The notes under the pieces are model-generated. The model was not told the origin of the DNA. It did no database searches and was given only the letters and a program-made list of their open reading frames with translations. A stretch of DNA of 63,434 nucleotides, filler included, from Octopus bimaculoides (taxonomy: Eukaryota), in NCBI RefSeq assembly GCF_001194135.2. It is 3 parts of 3 records of this genome, joined end to end, with 100 filler letters (N's around TTAATTAATTAA, not from the genome) between each part and the next. Parts side by side here need not be neighbours in the genome. Positions count along the whole stretch, not along the records: positions 30,552 to 60,780 come from NC_068990.1; positions 60,881 to 63,434 come from NC_068985.1; 1 more part is not named here. One strand, 5' to 3'. This document shows positions 52,788-63,434 of this stretch, piece by piece. The position numbers were made by a program, and so were the translations under genes. The stretch's first letter is position 1. Each line of letters opens with the position of its first letter.

Positions 52788-53579
52788 ATCATGGACGGAC
52801 GGTAGACACATCGGCTCCCATGTAAGTTGCATTTTTCACCTCTTAAAAGACCTATTTTGTTTTAAAATTTTGTATAAGTTGTGTATAACACAAAATACTT
52901 CGTGAACATATATTTTTCAAATCNNNNNNNNNNNNNNNNNNNNNNNNNNNNNNNNNNNNNNNNNNNNNNNNNNNNNNNNNNNNNNNNNNNNNNNNNNNNN
53001 NNNNNNNNNNNNNNNNNNNNNNNNNNNNNNNNNNNNNNNNNNNNNNNNNNNNNNNNNNNNNNNNNNNNNNNNNNNNNNNNNNNNNNNNNNNNNNNNNNNN
53101 NNNNNNNNNNNNNNNNNNNNNNNNNNNNNNNNNNNNNNNNNNNNNNNNNNNNNNNNNNNNNNNNNNNNNNNNNNNNNNNNNNNNNNNNNNNNNNNNNNNN
53201 NNNNNNNNNNNNNNNNNNNNNNNNNNNNNNNNNNNNNNNNNNNNNNNNNNNNNNNNNNNNNNNNNNNNNNNNNNNNNNNNNNNNNNNNNNNNNNNNNNTA
53301 TATATATATGTATGTATTTATGTATGTATGTTTATATGTATATATGTATGTATGTACGTATGTATGTATGTATGTATGTATGTATCTATAGGTAAGTGTG
53401 TAGGTAGGTATAATCATAGGTAGTATATTCACAGCTGTGAAATCAGGAAAACCGCTAAACCACTAATGTAGGGCTGATATTTATTTTTCAAAATCCTAGC
53501 AGCCCTACAGTGAGCGCGAATGTTTTCGTTAAATGTGTGTATTCTTCATGTGTGTGTGTGTGTGTTTGAATGTAGGGGA

Positions 53580-53696
53580 AGTTCAAAAAGCAGAAAAGGA
53601 AGGTAGTGATAGATAAGGAAAGGGAAAGAAATATGAGAGAGAGAGAGGGGGAGAGAGAGAGAGAGAGAGAGAGAGACTGAGAAAGAGAGAGATAGA

Positions 53697-53760
<64 letters not shown>

Positions 53761-53934
53761 GGGAGTAATATGGTGATATAGAATGAGAGCGACAAAGAAA
53801 AAGGCGTTAGAAATATATTGATACACAGAGAAATATAGTTATGAGGTAGTCAGGCTGGCAGGTAGGTGGATATGTGGCAAGGGAGATAGAGAGAGGAAGA
53901 GAAAGAAAGCAAGGGAGAAAGAAAGAAAGAACGA

Positions 53935-53966
<32 letters not shown>

Positions 53967-54529
53967 AATAAATAAAGAAAGAAAGTTTGGGAGGAAGAGA
54001 GAAAAAGAGAGGCAGACACTGAAGAAGAGAAAGAAAAGACGTAATTTAGCAGAGAGAAAAGAAAGAGAGATAAAGAGAGAGAGACAGAGAGACAGAGGGA
54101 GAAAGAGACAAGCAGCGAGAGAGATAAAGAAAGAGAGGAAGAGAAAGAGAGAGTGAGAGAGTTGTGATGGCTCTATAAGAAAAAGAGATTTTTAGGAAGA
54201 TAGAATAAAAGAATAGGACAAAAAAGGATAGGCAGAGAGGTAAAGAGTGAGAGGGTGAAGGAAGAAGAAAAAGAGAGTTTAGAAGGTGGTAGAGGGGAAG
54301 TAATCTAAAGATAAAGAGGGAAAGAAAAAGGGTAAAGAAGAGAGGGATATAGTTTGAAAAAATAAAACAAAAGAAAGAGTGAAAGAGAGATCTAAAAGAA
54401 AAAGAAGAGAGAAAACGAAGCGAACAATAGGAGGAAAGATAATAAAACATAAAAAGAAAAAGAGGAAGGAAGAAGGTAGGAAAGAGAGAAGGGAACAAAA
54501 AGCACACGAGAAAGAAAAAGGAGAGGGAT

Positions 54530-54562
<33 letters not shown>

Positions 54563-54566
54563 TAGG

Positions 54567-54598
<32 letters not shown>

Positions 54599-54631
54599 TA
54601 GGGAGAGAGAGATAGAGAGAGGGAGAGAGAG

Positions 54632-54671
<40 letters not shown>
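53580..54671. repeat. About 1.1-kb polypurine (GA)n/(GAAA)n field
   Basis: Near-complete purine strand bias. Confidence 0.9.
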
Positions 54672-54675
<4 letters not shown>

Positions 54676-54934
54676 TCACATCACGTCACTTGCTAAGCAA
54701 ACCACGCTACGGTCGACTACACTTCGGTAACAAGTACGGTTTCGCTTTTGAGTGCGGGTGTGTGAGAATGTGTATGATATGATACTATGGTTTGCATGAA
54801 AGAGACGGTGTTCCCCACCAACTCATGCTAGACCTGTATCACACAGTCGGATAACTACAGGATACAGCATACTGTGACAAGAGCCGGCGAAATTTGTCGG
54901 TGGATATTACATGCTTTTCTACGTTCTTCTACAG

Positions 54935-54980
54935 CTTTCTGGAGTTTACCACGGTGATGTTTTGTTGTGGCCATACACAG
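54935..54980 (+). other. Candidate 46-nt exon (LSGVYHGDVLLWPYT, or FLEFTTVMFCCGHTQ, or UTR)
   Basis: cttttctacgttcttctacag|...CACAG|gtaaga; both splice sites are close to consensus. Confidence 0.5.
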
Positions 54981-56610
54981 GTAAGAAATATCTGCTTATT
55001 TAGTTATCCTCTGTCACACTGATTGTCTGTCACACATAGCTTGTTTGTCACATTAGTCGTCCGTCACCCTGATCGTCTGCCACACATAGTGTCTGCCTCA
55101 GTGATCGTCTACCTTTCGTGATGTGATGTTAGCTTTATATATATGCATCTGTCGCTCAATCTGTTTATTACCCAACAGTTTGTCAATCACCTCGCATGTA
55201 TATTTACATCCATCCATCCAATATACATACATATATATATATATATACATACATACTTACACACATACATACAAATATATATATATATATATATGAGTGT
55301 GCGTGTGTGTGTGTATATCTATATACATATTTATGCATGTATATAAATATATGTATATGTGTATATATATATATATANNNNNNNNNNNNNNNNNNNNNNN
55401 NNNNNNNNNNNNNNNNNNNNNNNNNNNNNNNNNNNNNNNNNNNNNNNNNNNNNNNNNNNNNNNNNNNNNNNNNNNNNNNNNNNNNNNNNNNNNNNNNNNN
55501 NNNNNNNNNNNNNNNNNNNNNNNNNNNNNNNNNNNNNNNNNNNNNNNNNNNNNNNNNNNNNNNNNNNNNNNNNNNNNNNNNNNNNNNNNNNNNNNNNNNN
55601 NNNNNNNNNNNNNNNNNNNNNNNNNNNNNNNNNNNNNNNNNNNNNNNNNNNNNNNNNNNNNNNNNNNNNNNNNNNNNNNNNNNNNNNNNNNNNNNNNNNN
55701 NNNNNNNNNNNNNNNNNNNNNNNNNNNNNNNNNNNNNNNNNNNNNNNNNNNNNNNNNNNNNNNNNNNNNNNNNNNNNNNNNNNNNNNNNNNNNNNNNNNN
55801 NNNNNNNNNNNNNNNNNNNNNNNNNNNNNNNNNNNNNNNNNNNNNNNNNNNNNNNNNNNNNNNNNNNNNNNNNNNNNNNNNNNNNNNNNNNNNNNNNNNN
55901 NNNNNNNNNNNNNNNNNNNNNNNNNNNNNNNNNNNNNNNNNNNNNNNNNNNNNNNNNNNGTATGTATTTTATGTATGTAGGCTTACTTACACGAGTGTAC
56001 CTACCATCGACTTTGTTTCCTCATAACTTTCAGAAAAACGGTTATGATTCAATAATATTTTCTACGAATACATTTCAGATGTTGTAATACACACAACACG
56101 CTGACACACGCACCCCCCCCCCACACACATACACATACACACATACACATATACACACACACATACACACACACACGAAGTATACATGGACCTGTTGTGT
56201 ATATATTTGTGTGTGTGTGTGTGTGTGTGTGTGCATATGTGTGAATATGTATGTATGTATGTATCTGTGAGGATGTCTGCTCGTATGTATATATGTATGA
56301 AGTGTATGTATGCAGGTGTGTATGTATATGCACAAGTATATATAGCCGTGTGGTGAAGAAGTTCGAATCGCAACCAGGTGTATATTTTCTAGCCCTCAAG
56401 TTGCCAATAAATTGAAATTTGCGGACGTGGTGGGCTGTCTCATAGAAGCAAGTCTAAATTATTTTTGTATCATAGATTGAACTCAGCGACTGGGCGATAA
56501 CAAACTCTATTGAGGGTTAAGAAAGCCTTGTGGATGTGATAAAAGGCCGCCAGAAGTCGACAATAAGAATGACGGTACATATAACCATATGCATGTATAT
56601 ATCATCTCCC

Positions 56611-56667
<57 letters not shown>

Positions 56668-56677
56668 TTATCTATCC

Positions 56678-56743
<66 letters not shown>

Positions 56744-56971
56744 AAAGAGAGAGAGATAGAGATAGAGAGAGTGAGAGAGAGAGAGAGAGAGAAAGAGAGA
56801 GGCAGACGGACAGACAGACAGATACATAGATATCTTTTACTTGTTTCAGTCATTGGACTGCATCCATGCTGGGGCACCGCCTTGTAAAAGAAAGTCTAAG
56901 GCTGTTCTGGGGACTAGAGCCCATATTTTCTGTATCCCTGATAGGCGTTCTACCATTCGATCAAGGCAATA

Positions 56972-57012
<41 letters not shown>

Positions 57013-57345
57013 TGCACACATGCATATACATTTATATGCATATATATATACATACATACATATATAGATTTATACATGAATATATATGCACACACATATG
57101 CACATATATATATATGTATACACATATACCTACATAGATAAACACATATATAAGTATTTACATGTTTACATGTACTGTATATAAATTACGCACACAGATC
57201 TATTTTTATACCAATATCAATATCTATCTACCTTTCTGTTTGTTCATCGATCGATCTACCCCTCTGTTTATATATATGTATGTGTATGTATGTATACATA
57301 CACATGTTCACATAGATACATATATTCACATACTACGCATATGTA

Positions 57346-57387
<42 letters not shown>

Positions 57388-57552
57388 NNNNNNNNNNNNN
57401 NNNNNNNNNNNNNNNNNNNNNNNNNNNNNNNNNNNNNNNNNNNNNNNNNNNNNNNNNNNNNNNNNNNNNNNNNNNNNNNNNNNNNNNNNNNNNNNNNNNN
57501 NNNNNNNNNNNNNNNNNNNNNNNNNNNNNNNNNNNNNNNNNNNNNNNNNNNN

Positions 57553-57591
<39 letters not shown>

Positions 57592-57879
57592 CATTCATTT
57601 ATGTACTGTTTTGTCAGAGACCATGGGGAAGAAGTGCTCTTGAATTTTTTTCAGGTCTCGGAGACTGGTAGAGGAAAAAGAAGAATTTATCCTTCATCTA
57701 GAAAACCGGCCCTAACATTTACAATAGAGCGACCTCCGCGAAAGGTACCCCAATGACCAGGTGATTGCGTTAATTCGGGTAACGGATAAAATCTATTGCC
57801 CAAGACCTCAGAATGTAAAAAGCTGAACAAATAACTGCAAGATATTTCGTATCACGCTCTAACAATTACATCAATTCAG

Positions 57880-58010
57880 TATCCTGGTTTGATATTTATT
57901 TTATCGAACCCGAAAAGAAAAGAAATGGGAAGTTCACATCGTCGGGATTCGAACTCGGAACGTAAAGAGCTGGAAAGGATTAGCATAAAGCATTTTATCA
58001 TTAATGCTTT
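57880..58010 (-). mobile_element. SINE family A, degenerate
   Basis: tttatcgaacccgaaa...gggattcgaactcggaacgtaaag...aagcatttt. Confidence 0.65.
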
Positions 58011-58051
58011 AATGACTTTGCTAACACATACATGCATATGTAACCACGTTA

Positions 58052-58094
<43 letters not shown>

Positions 58095-58399
58095 GACGCA
58101 CACACACACAGCATGCATACATACATAATCACAAGCGTAAATACATGCATGTATACATACATGCATGCATACATATATAACATATAATATATATACATAC
58201 ATACATACATGGGTACAATATATACATACGTCCATACATGCATACATACATACGTACATACATACATACATACATACGTACAATAGACATATACATTCAT
58301 ACATATATACATTCGTATATATANNNNNNNNNNTACATGCATACATATATTCATACATACATACATACATACATAGATACATACATACATACATATTTG

Positions 58400-58610
58400 G
58401 TTTCAAATTTTGGCAGAGTCAGCGATATTTGAGCGGAGAAGAAAGTTGATTACATCGACTCCAGTACTTGACTGGTACTTGCTTTATTGACCCCGAAAGG
58501 GATGAAAAGCAAAGCCGACGTCGGCGAAATTTGTGCTCAGAACGTAATGACGGGACGAAATGCCACTAAGCATTTTGTCCGGCGTGCTTAACGTTCCTCC
58601 AAGCTCACCC
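58400..58610 (-). mobile_element. SINE family A, near full length
   Basis: ggtttcaaattttggca...ctggtactt...gaccccgaaagg...ctaagcattttgtccggcgtgc...aagctcacc. Confidence 0.85.
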
Positions 58611-59587
58611 CCACCACACCCATACACATGCTCACAAACATACATGCAAAAAGAAAAAAAGAAAAAAAGAAAAAAAGAAGAAAAACAAAAAAATATGCTA
58701 CCATATTGTAAGACATGCCACACAGCACAGTAGCATCACATTCTCCGCGAACACATGTCACTCTACTAATGGAGAAAAAAAAAAAAAAAAAAAGGATTCT
58801 TTCGGCGAGTTTGCGACCAGACCACCACCATCAAACCACCATCATCACCATCATCAACAGCATAAATACCACCGCCACCGCTGCTATTTTTGCGGCNNNN
58901 NNNNNNNNNNNNNNNNNNNNNNNNNNNNNNNNNNNNNNNNNNNNNNNNNNNNNNNNNNNNNNNNNNNNNNNNNNNNNNNNNNNNNNNNNNNNNNNNNNNN
59001 NNNNNNNNNNNNNNNNNNNNNNNNNNNNNNNNNNNNNNNNNNNNNNNNNNNNNNNNNNNNNNNNNNNNNNNNNNNNNNNNNNNNNNNNNNNNNNNNNNNN
59101 NNNNNNNNNNNNNNNNNNNNNNNNNNNNNNNNNNNNNNNNNNNNNNNNNNNNNNNNNNNNNNNNNNNNNNNNNNNNNNNNNNNNNNNNNNNNNNNNNNNN
59201 NNNNNNNNNNNNNNNNNNNNNNNNNNNNNNNNNNNNNNNNNNNNNNNNNNNNNNNNNNNNNNNNNNNNNNNNNNNNNNNNNNNNNNNNNNNNNNNNNNNN
59301 NNNNNNNNNNNNNNNNNNNNNNNNNNNNNNNNNNNNNNNNNNNNNNNNNNNNNNNNNNNNNNNNNNNNNNNNNNNNNNNNNNNNNNNNNNNNNNNNNNNN
59401 NNNNNNNNNNNNNNNNNNNNNNNNNNNNNNNNNNNNNNNNNNNNNNNNNNNNNNNNNNNNNNNNNNNNNNNNNNNNNNNNNNNNNNNNNNNNNNNNNNNN
59501 NNNNNNNNNNNNNNNNNNNNNNNNNNNNNNNNNNNNNNNNNNNNNNNNNNNNNNNNNNNNNNNNNNNNNNNNNNNNNNNNNNNNNNN

Positions 59588-59622
<35 letters not shown>

Positions 59623-59623
59623 T

Positions 59624-59778
59624 ACGACGGGCTTCTTTCAGTTTCCGTCTACCAAATCCACCCACAAGGCTTTGGTCGGCCCGAGGCTATAGTAGAAGAC
59701 ACTTGCCCAAGATGCCACGCAGTGGGACTGAACCGGGGACCATGTGGTTGGTAAGCAAGCTACTTACCACACAGCCAC
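59624..59778 (-). mobile_element. SINE family B head, followed by (TA)n and a gap
   Basis: Near-consensus reverse complement of the family B head. Confidence 0.9.
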
Positions 59779-60204
59779 TCGTTTTTGTTGTTTGTTCAAA
59801 TTCATCGTTTTTGATCAAGAAATGTAATAACGAAAATGATTTTGACAACGACGACGAAAAAAATGTGGACGAGGGCTAATAGTCCCGGTTCTGATAATTC
59901 CGTTGCTGTAGTTATAAAGAAATCTCATAATGATGTTGATGTCAATAATATTGGCAATGATGTGTATATTTTTATTGTTTGTTTCCCTGTTTTTTTGTCT
60001 ACATATTTCACTCACACACACATGCATACACACAAATACACTCGTATATTATTGCCCCGCCTCCGTATATATTGTATGTTTGCAACGTTGTGTGTGTATG
60101 TGTGTGTGCGTGTGGCAACGGAGAGCGTACACGCATGTGTTTAAGGTACATAATATGTTATATATAGTACATATGTAATATATATTTATGCATTTGAGTG
60201 TATA

Positions 60205-60580
60205 TATGTGTATCAGCCATTTGATTGCGGCCATGCTGTAACACCACCTTCAGGGAGTTTTAAGTCGAGCAAATCGACCCCAGGACATTTTTTTAAAGCC
60301 TACTACTTATTTTTAAGGATCCTTTTGTCGAACTGCTAGTTACAGGAACGTAAACAAACGAACATCAGTTGACAAACACAGACATAAAGACACAAACCCA
60401 TATACATACATACATACACACATACATACATGCATATATACTTAGATACATAAATACATACATACATGCATACACACACACACACATGTATGCGACAGGC
60501 TTCTTTCAGTTTCCGCCTACCGAATCCATTCACAAAGTCTTGGTCGGTTCCAGGCTATAGTAGAAGACGTTTGTCTATAA
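60205..60580 (-). mobile_element. SINE family B, 5'-truncated, with internal (TACA)n
   Basis: Tail 60205-60385 and partial head 60490-60580. Confidence 0.8.
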
Positions 60581-60606
60581 GATATCCATACATACATGCA
60601 CACACA

Positions 60607-60655
<49 letters not shown>

Positions 60656-60780
60656 GTACATACATTTATATGTATATGTTTGAGATTGTGAATGCGTGTA
60701 TATATATGTGTGTATATATATGTAATTATATATACGTGCGTATTTTTATGTATGTGTGTATAGATGCACACAGACATATA

Positions 60781-60880
60781 NNNNNNNNNNNNNNNNNNNN
60801 NNNNNNNNNNNNNNNNNNNNNNNNTTAATTAATTAANNNNNNNNNNNNNNNNNNNNNNNNNNNNNNNNNNNNNNNNNNNN
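60781..60880. other. Artificial assembly linker: 44 N + TTAATTAATTAA + 44 N
   Basis: Identical to 30452-30551. Confidence 0.95.
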
Positions 60881-61188
60881 AAAAAAAAACAAAAACATTT
60901 AGAGTAAACACTTGTGCGCTGAAAGTGCTACTGTACTTCGTTTTCGAATGCAGGAGGTGGATGTCTCATCAGGCGATAAAAAGAAAAACAAATCTCTGTA
61001 TTTGTTTCGACACTCAAATTTCATCATCATCATCAACATAGCACTGCAAAAACGTACGCGCTATTAAGGTTAAGTCGAGGCGGGACACCAGACTGTAGTT
61101 ATATTTAACCTTCTTCCCTCCAAATTGTTGGTCTTGTGCCAAAATTTGAAACTATTATCATTATTATTATTATTATTGTTGTTGTTGC

Positions 61189-61219
<31 letters not shown>

Positions 61220-61547
61220 GGTGGTGGTGATGTTGTTGTTATACGCAATAAATAGAGCAGCAGTTGTTTGTTTCACTCGTGAGATTTAATATCACAATGA
61301 ATTATGTCTGTCGCCCCAGCTTAAATAAACATATGTAAGAGTGCAGACATATATATGAATACTTCTCGTCTCGAGATATTACAAGAATTTTGCCTGAGCT
61401 CCTGAGCACATTTGAATAATTCTCTTTTTAACAATTGTTTAATACAATTTTTATATCATGTATGTATGTGTGTGTATATATATATATAAGGATTTCGTAA
61501 TGAGATAAAAACCAAGGCTGTGTATAATATAGGACATTTATAAATAG

Positions 61548-61595
61548 GTCTTACAGCTGTTTCCAGGATATTTATTATATCCCTTCATCGGAGAC
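61548..61595 (-). ncRNA. Minimal type I hammerhead ribozyme-like motif (U4C core variant)
   Basis: Minus strand gtct-CCGATGA-aGGGATAT-aataa-ATATCCTg-GAAA-CagctG-TA-agac: 4-bp stem I, 7-bp stem II, palindromic stem III (ACAGCTGT), GUA cleavage triplet. Confidence 0.55.
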
Positions 61596-62113
61596 GGTGT
61601 GAGAGGATGATTAAGCAATAGTTAGTTTAGTTAAGATAGGAAATAGAGAGTGAATGTAGAGATATTGTATTTGTAAATCCATTGTTTAGGCAGAATGGTA
61701 TATATATAAGATTCCAATACCTTGTGAGTAAGATCCAATTGATTTTAAGATTGGTCGTTGCCTTTGTAAATCCATTATTAAGATTCCAATTCTCTATGAG
61801 TAAAATCCAACAGTCTTTGNNNNNNNNNNNNNNNNNNNNNNNNNNNNNNNNNNNNNNNNNNNNNNNNNNNNNNNNNNNNNNNNNNNNNNNNNNNNNNNNN
61901 NNNNNNNNNNNNNNNNNNNNNNNNNNNNNNNNNNNNNNNNNNNNNNNNNNNNNNNNNNNNNNNNNNNNNNNNNNNNNNNNNNNNNNNNNNNNNNNNNNNN
62001 NNNNNNNNNNNNNNNNNNNNNNNNNNNNNNNNNNNNNNNNNNNNNNNNNNNNNNNNNNNNNNNNNNNNNNNNNNNNNNNNNNNNNNNNNNNNNNNNNNNN
62101 NNNNNNNNNNNNN

Positions 62114-62150
<37 letters not shown>

Positions 62151-63204
62151 CATAAATATATATATGTATGTGCGTGTATGTATATATGTTTATACAGACA
62201 CACATACATACACACACACACACAGTCTATACAAACACATAAAACTTTTTCATGGAGAAAGGTGCTTCAATAATGGGAAAGGTCTCTGGTCTTACATTTG
62301 CCCAGTGCATCCTTATTGAAAATCTGCACAAAATGGTTGGCTGTTCCCTGAGTTGTGTGTCGAAATATCTCCCTAGAATGTTTAGACGAGTAAGATGAGA
62401 GGAAAAGAAGGACGATTAAAGCCTCGATTAAACAATAAAGCCGAAGCGGCGTGACAGTGTGGAATGAATCCATAAGAAGCGGTAAAGAGCTAGTGTTACA
62501 ATTGCTTCTACAGTTCATTAAATTCTATGGTAGCTTTTCCACACACATTTATACTAAGTAGTAAAGAAGTGAAATGCATCGAAATGCTTCGCCATGTCAC
62601 CCTGAACATAACTGCCCATTCACCTCTTAAATTTCATTAACAATTCAATTTCAAACTTGATTGGATATTAGGTTTCAAATATGGATATGATTCATGTATT
62701 CCTGTTAGATAACTAAATGCTGATGTGTTCATTTATGAAGCGGAAATCACCAAACTGATAGAGTGCGGTATGAAATTCGGATTAGCAATATATGTATGAT
62801 TGTTAATCAATTTATGAGAAGGTATTTCAGTTACACTTTTTCTCTTATTCAAACAGAATAGAAGTATATTGAAAAATTAAACAATTACACAAGGTACTTG
62901 AATAAAGGTGTTACTGACTTTAACAATCAATAGAAAGATCCTTTATAAAAGTAGACCCTGTATTACTGAGAAAAAAATTTCCTTTTTAAAAACCACCATA
63001 ATTCATCTAAGTTTCTAAATGCAAGATCTGAGTAGTTTTTAAAATGTTGACACTTCGATAAACATCTTTGGTAAGAGTTACGCCTCTTATAAAATTTCCA
63101 CTATAGCAAGCATCACCTGAAGTTTTATTTATTTCAAATATTTTGACATTTCTCTGGTACTTGACTAATCAATTAATTTTAAGTTAGGCAGTCAATTTAA
63201 AACA

Positions 63205-63259
<55 letters not shown>

Positions 63260-63367
63260 GTATGTATATATGTATGTTTGTATGTATGTATGACGAGATG
63301 TGTTGTAAAGGGAAATGTTAAGAAAAATTTTTACGGTACTACACAAATATTGAGATGTGCGTGTATT

Positions 63368-63434
<67 letters not shown>

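Noticed and set aside
62267-62518. 83-aa minus ORF
   Set aside because: No recognisable domain or splice signals; probably decayed LINE sequence.
1-63434. Most ORFs in the supplied track (poly-CV, HT, YI, LS, M/D/I, X runs)
   Set aside because: They are translations of di-, tri- and tetranucleotide repeats and N gaps.

Overview
This is gappy eukaryotic animal DNA saturated with microsatellites, with no prokaryotic system, CRISPR array or rRNA. The recurring tRNA-derived SINE families and the (CA)n/(TA)n/(TACA)n/(GA)n load look like a coleoid cephalopod, most likely Octopus; that assignment comes from recognising the repeats, not from a search. Almost every ORF in the supplied track is a microsatellite or N-gap artefact. 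Two identical 100-bp spacers (44 N + TTAATTAATTAA + 44 N, at 30452-30551 and 60781-60880) are artificial joins, so the window is three segments whose adjacency is unproven. Supportable content: many SINE copies from about 4 families; LINE relics (RTE, R4/Dong-like); two Penelope-like element (PLE) fragments; Tc1/mariner-like and possibly Sola-like transposase relics; a hAT MITE nested in a SINE; several minisatellites; a few splice-flanked candidate exons of an unidentified minus-strand gene (about 0.6-30 kb); and one plus-strand exon at about 55 kb. The best leads are three minimal hammerhead-ribozyme-like motifs (two directly downstream of PLE fragments), a roughly 20-unit minisatellite whose conserved core matches an RFX X-box, and a SINE family carrying a different microsatellite at the same internal site in each copy. 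I cannot show a genuinely new biological system; these are testable leads.
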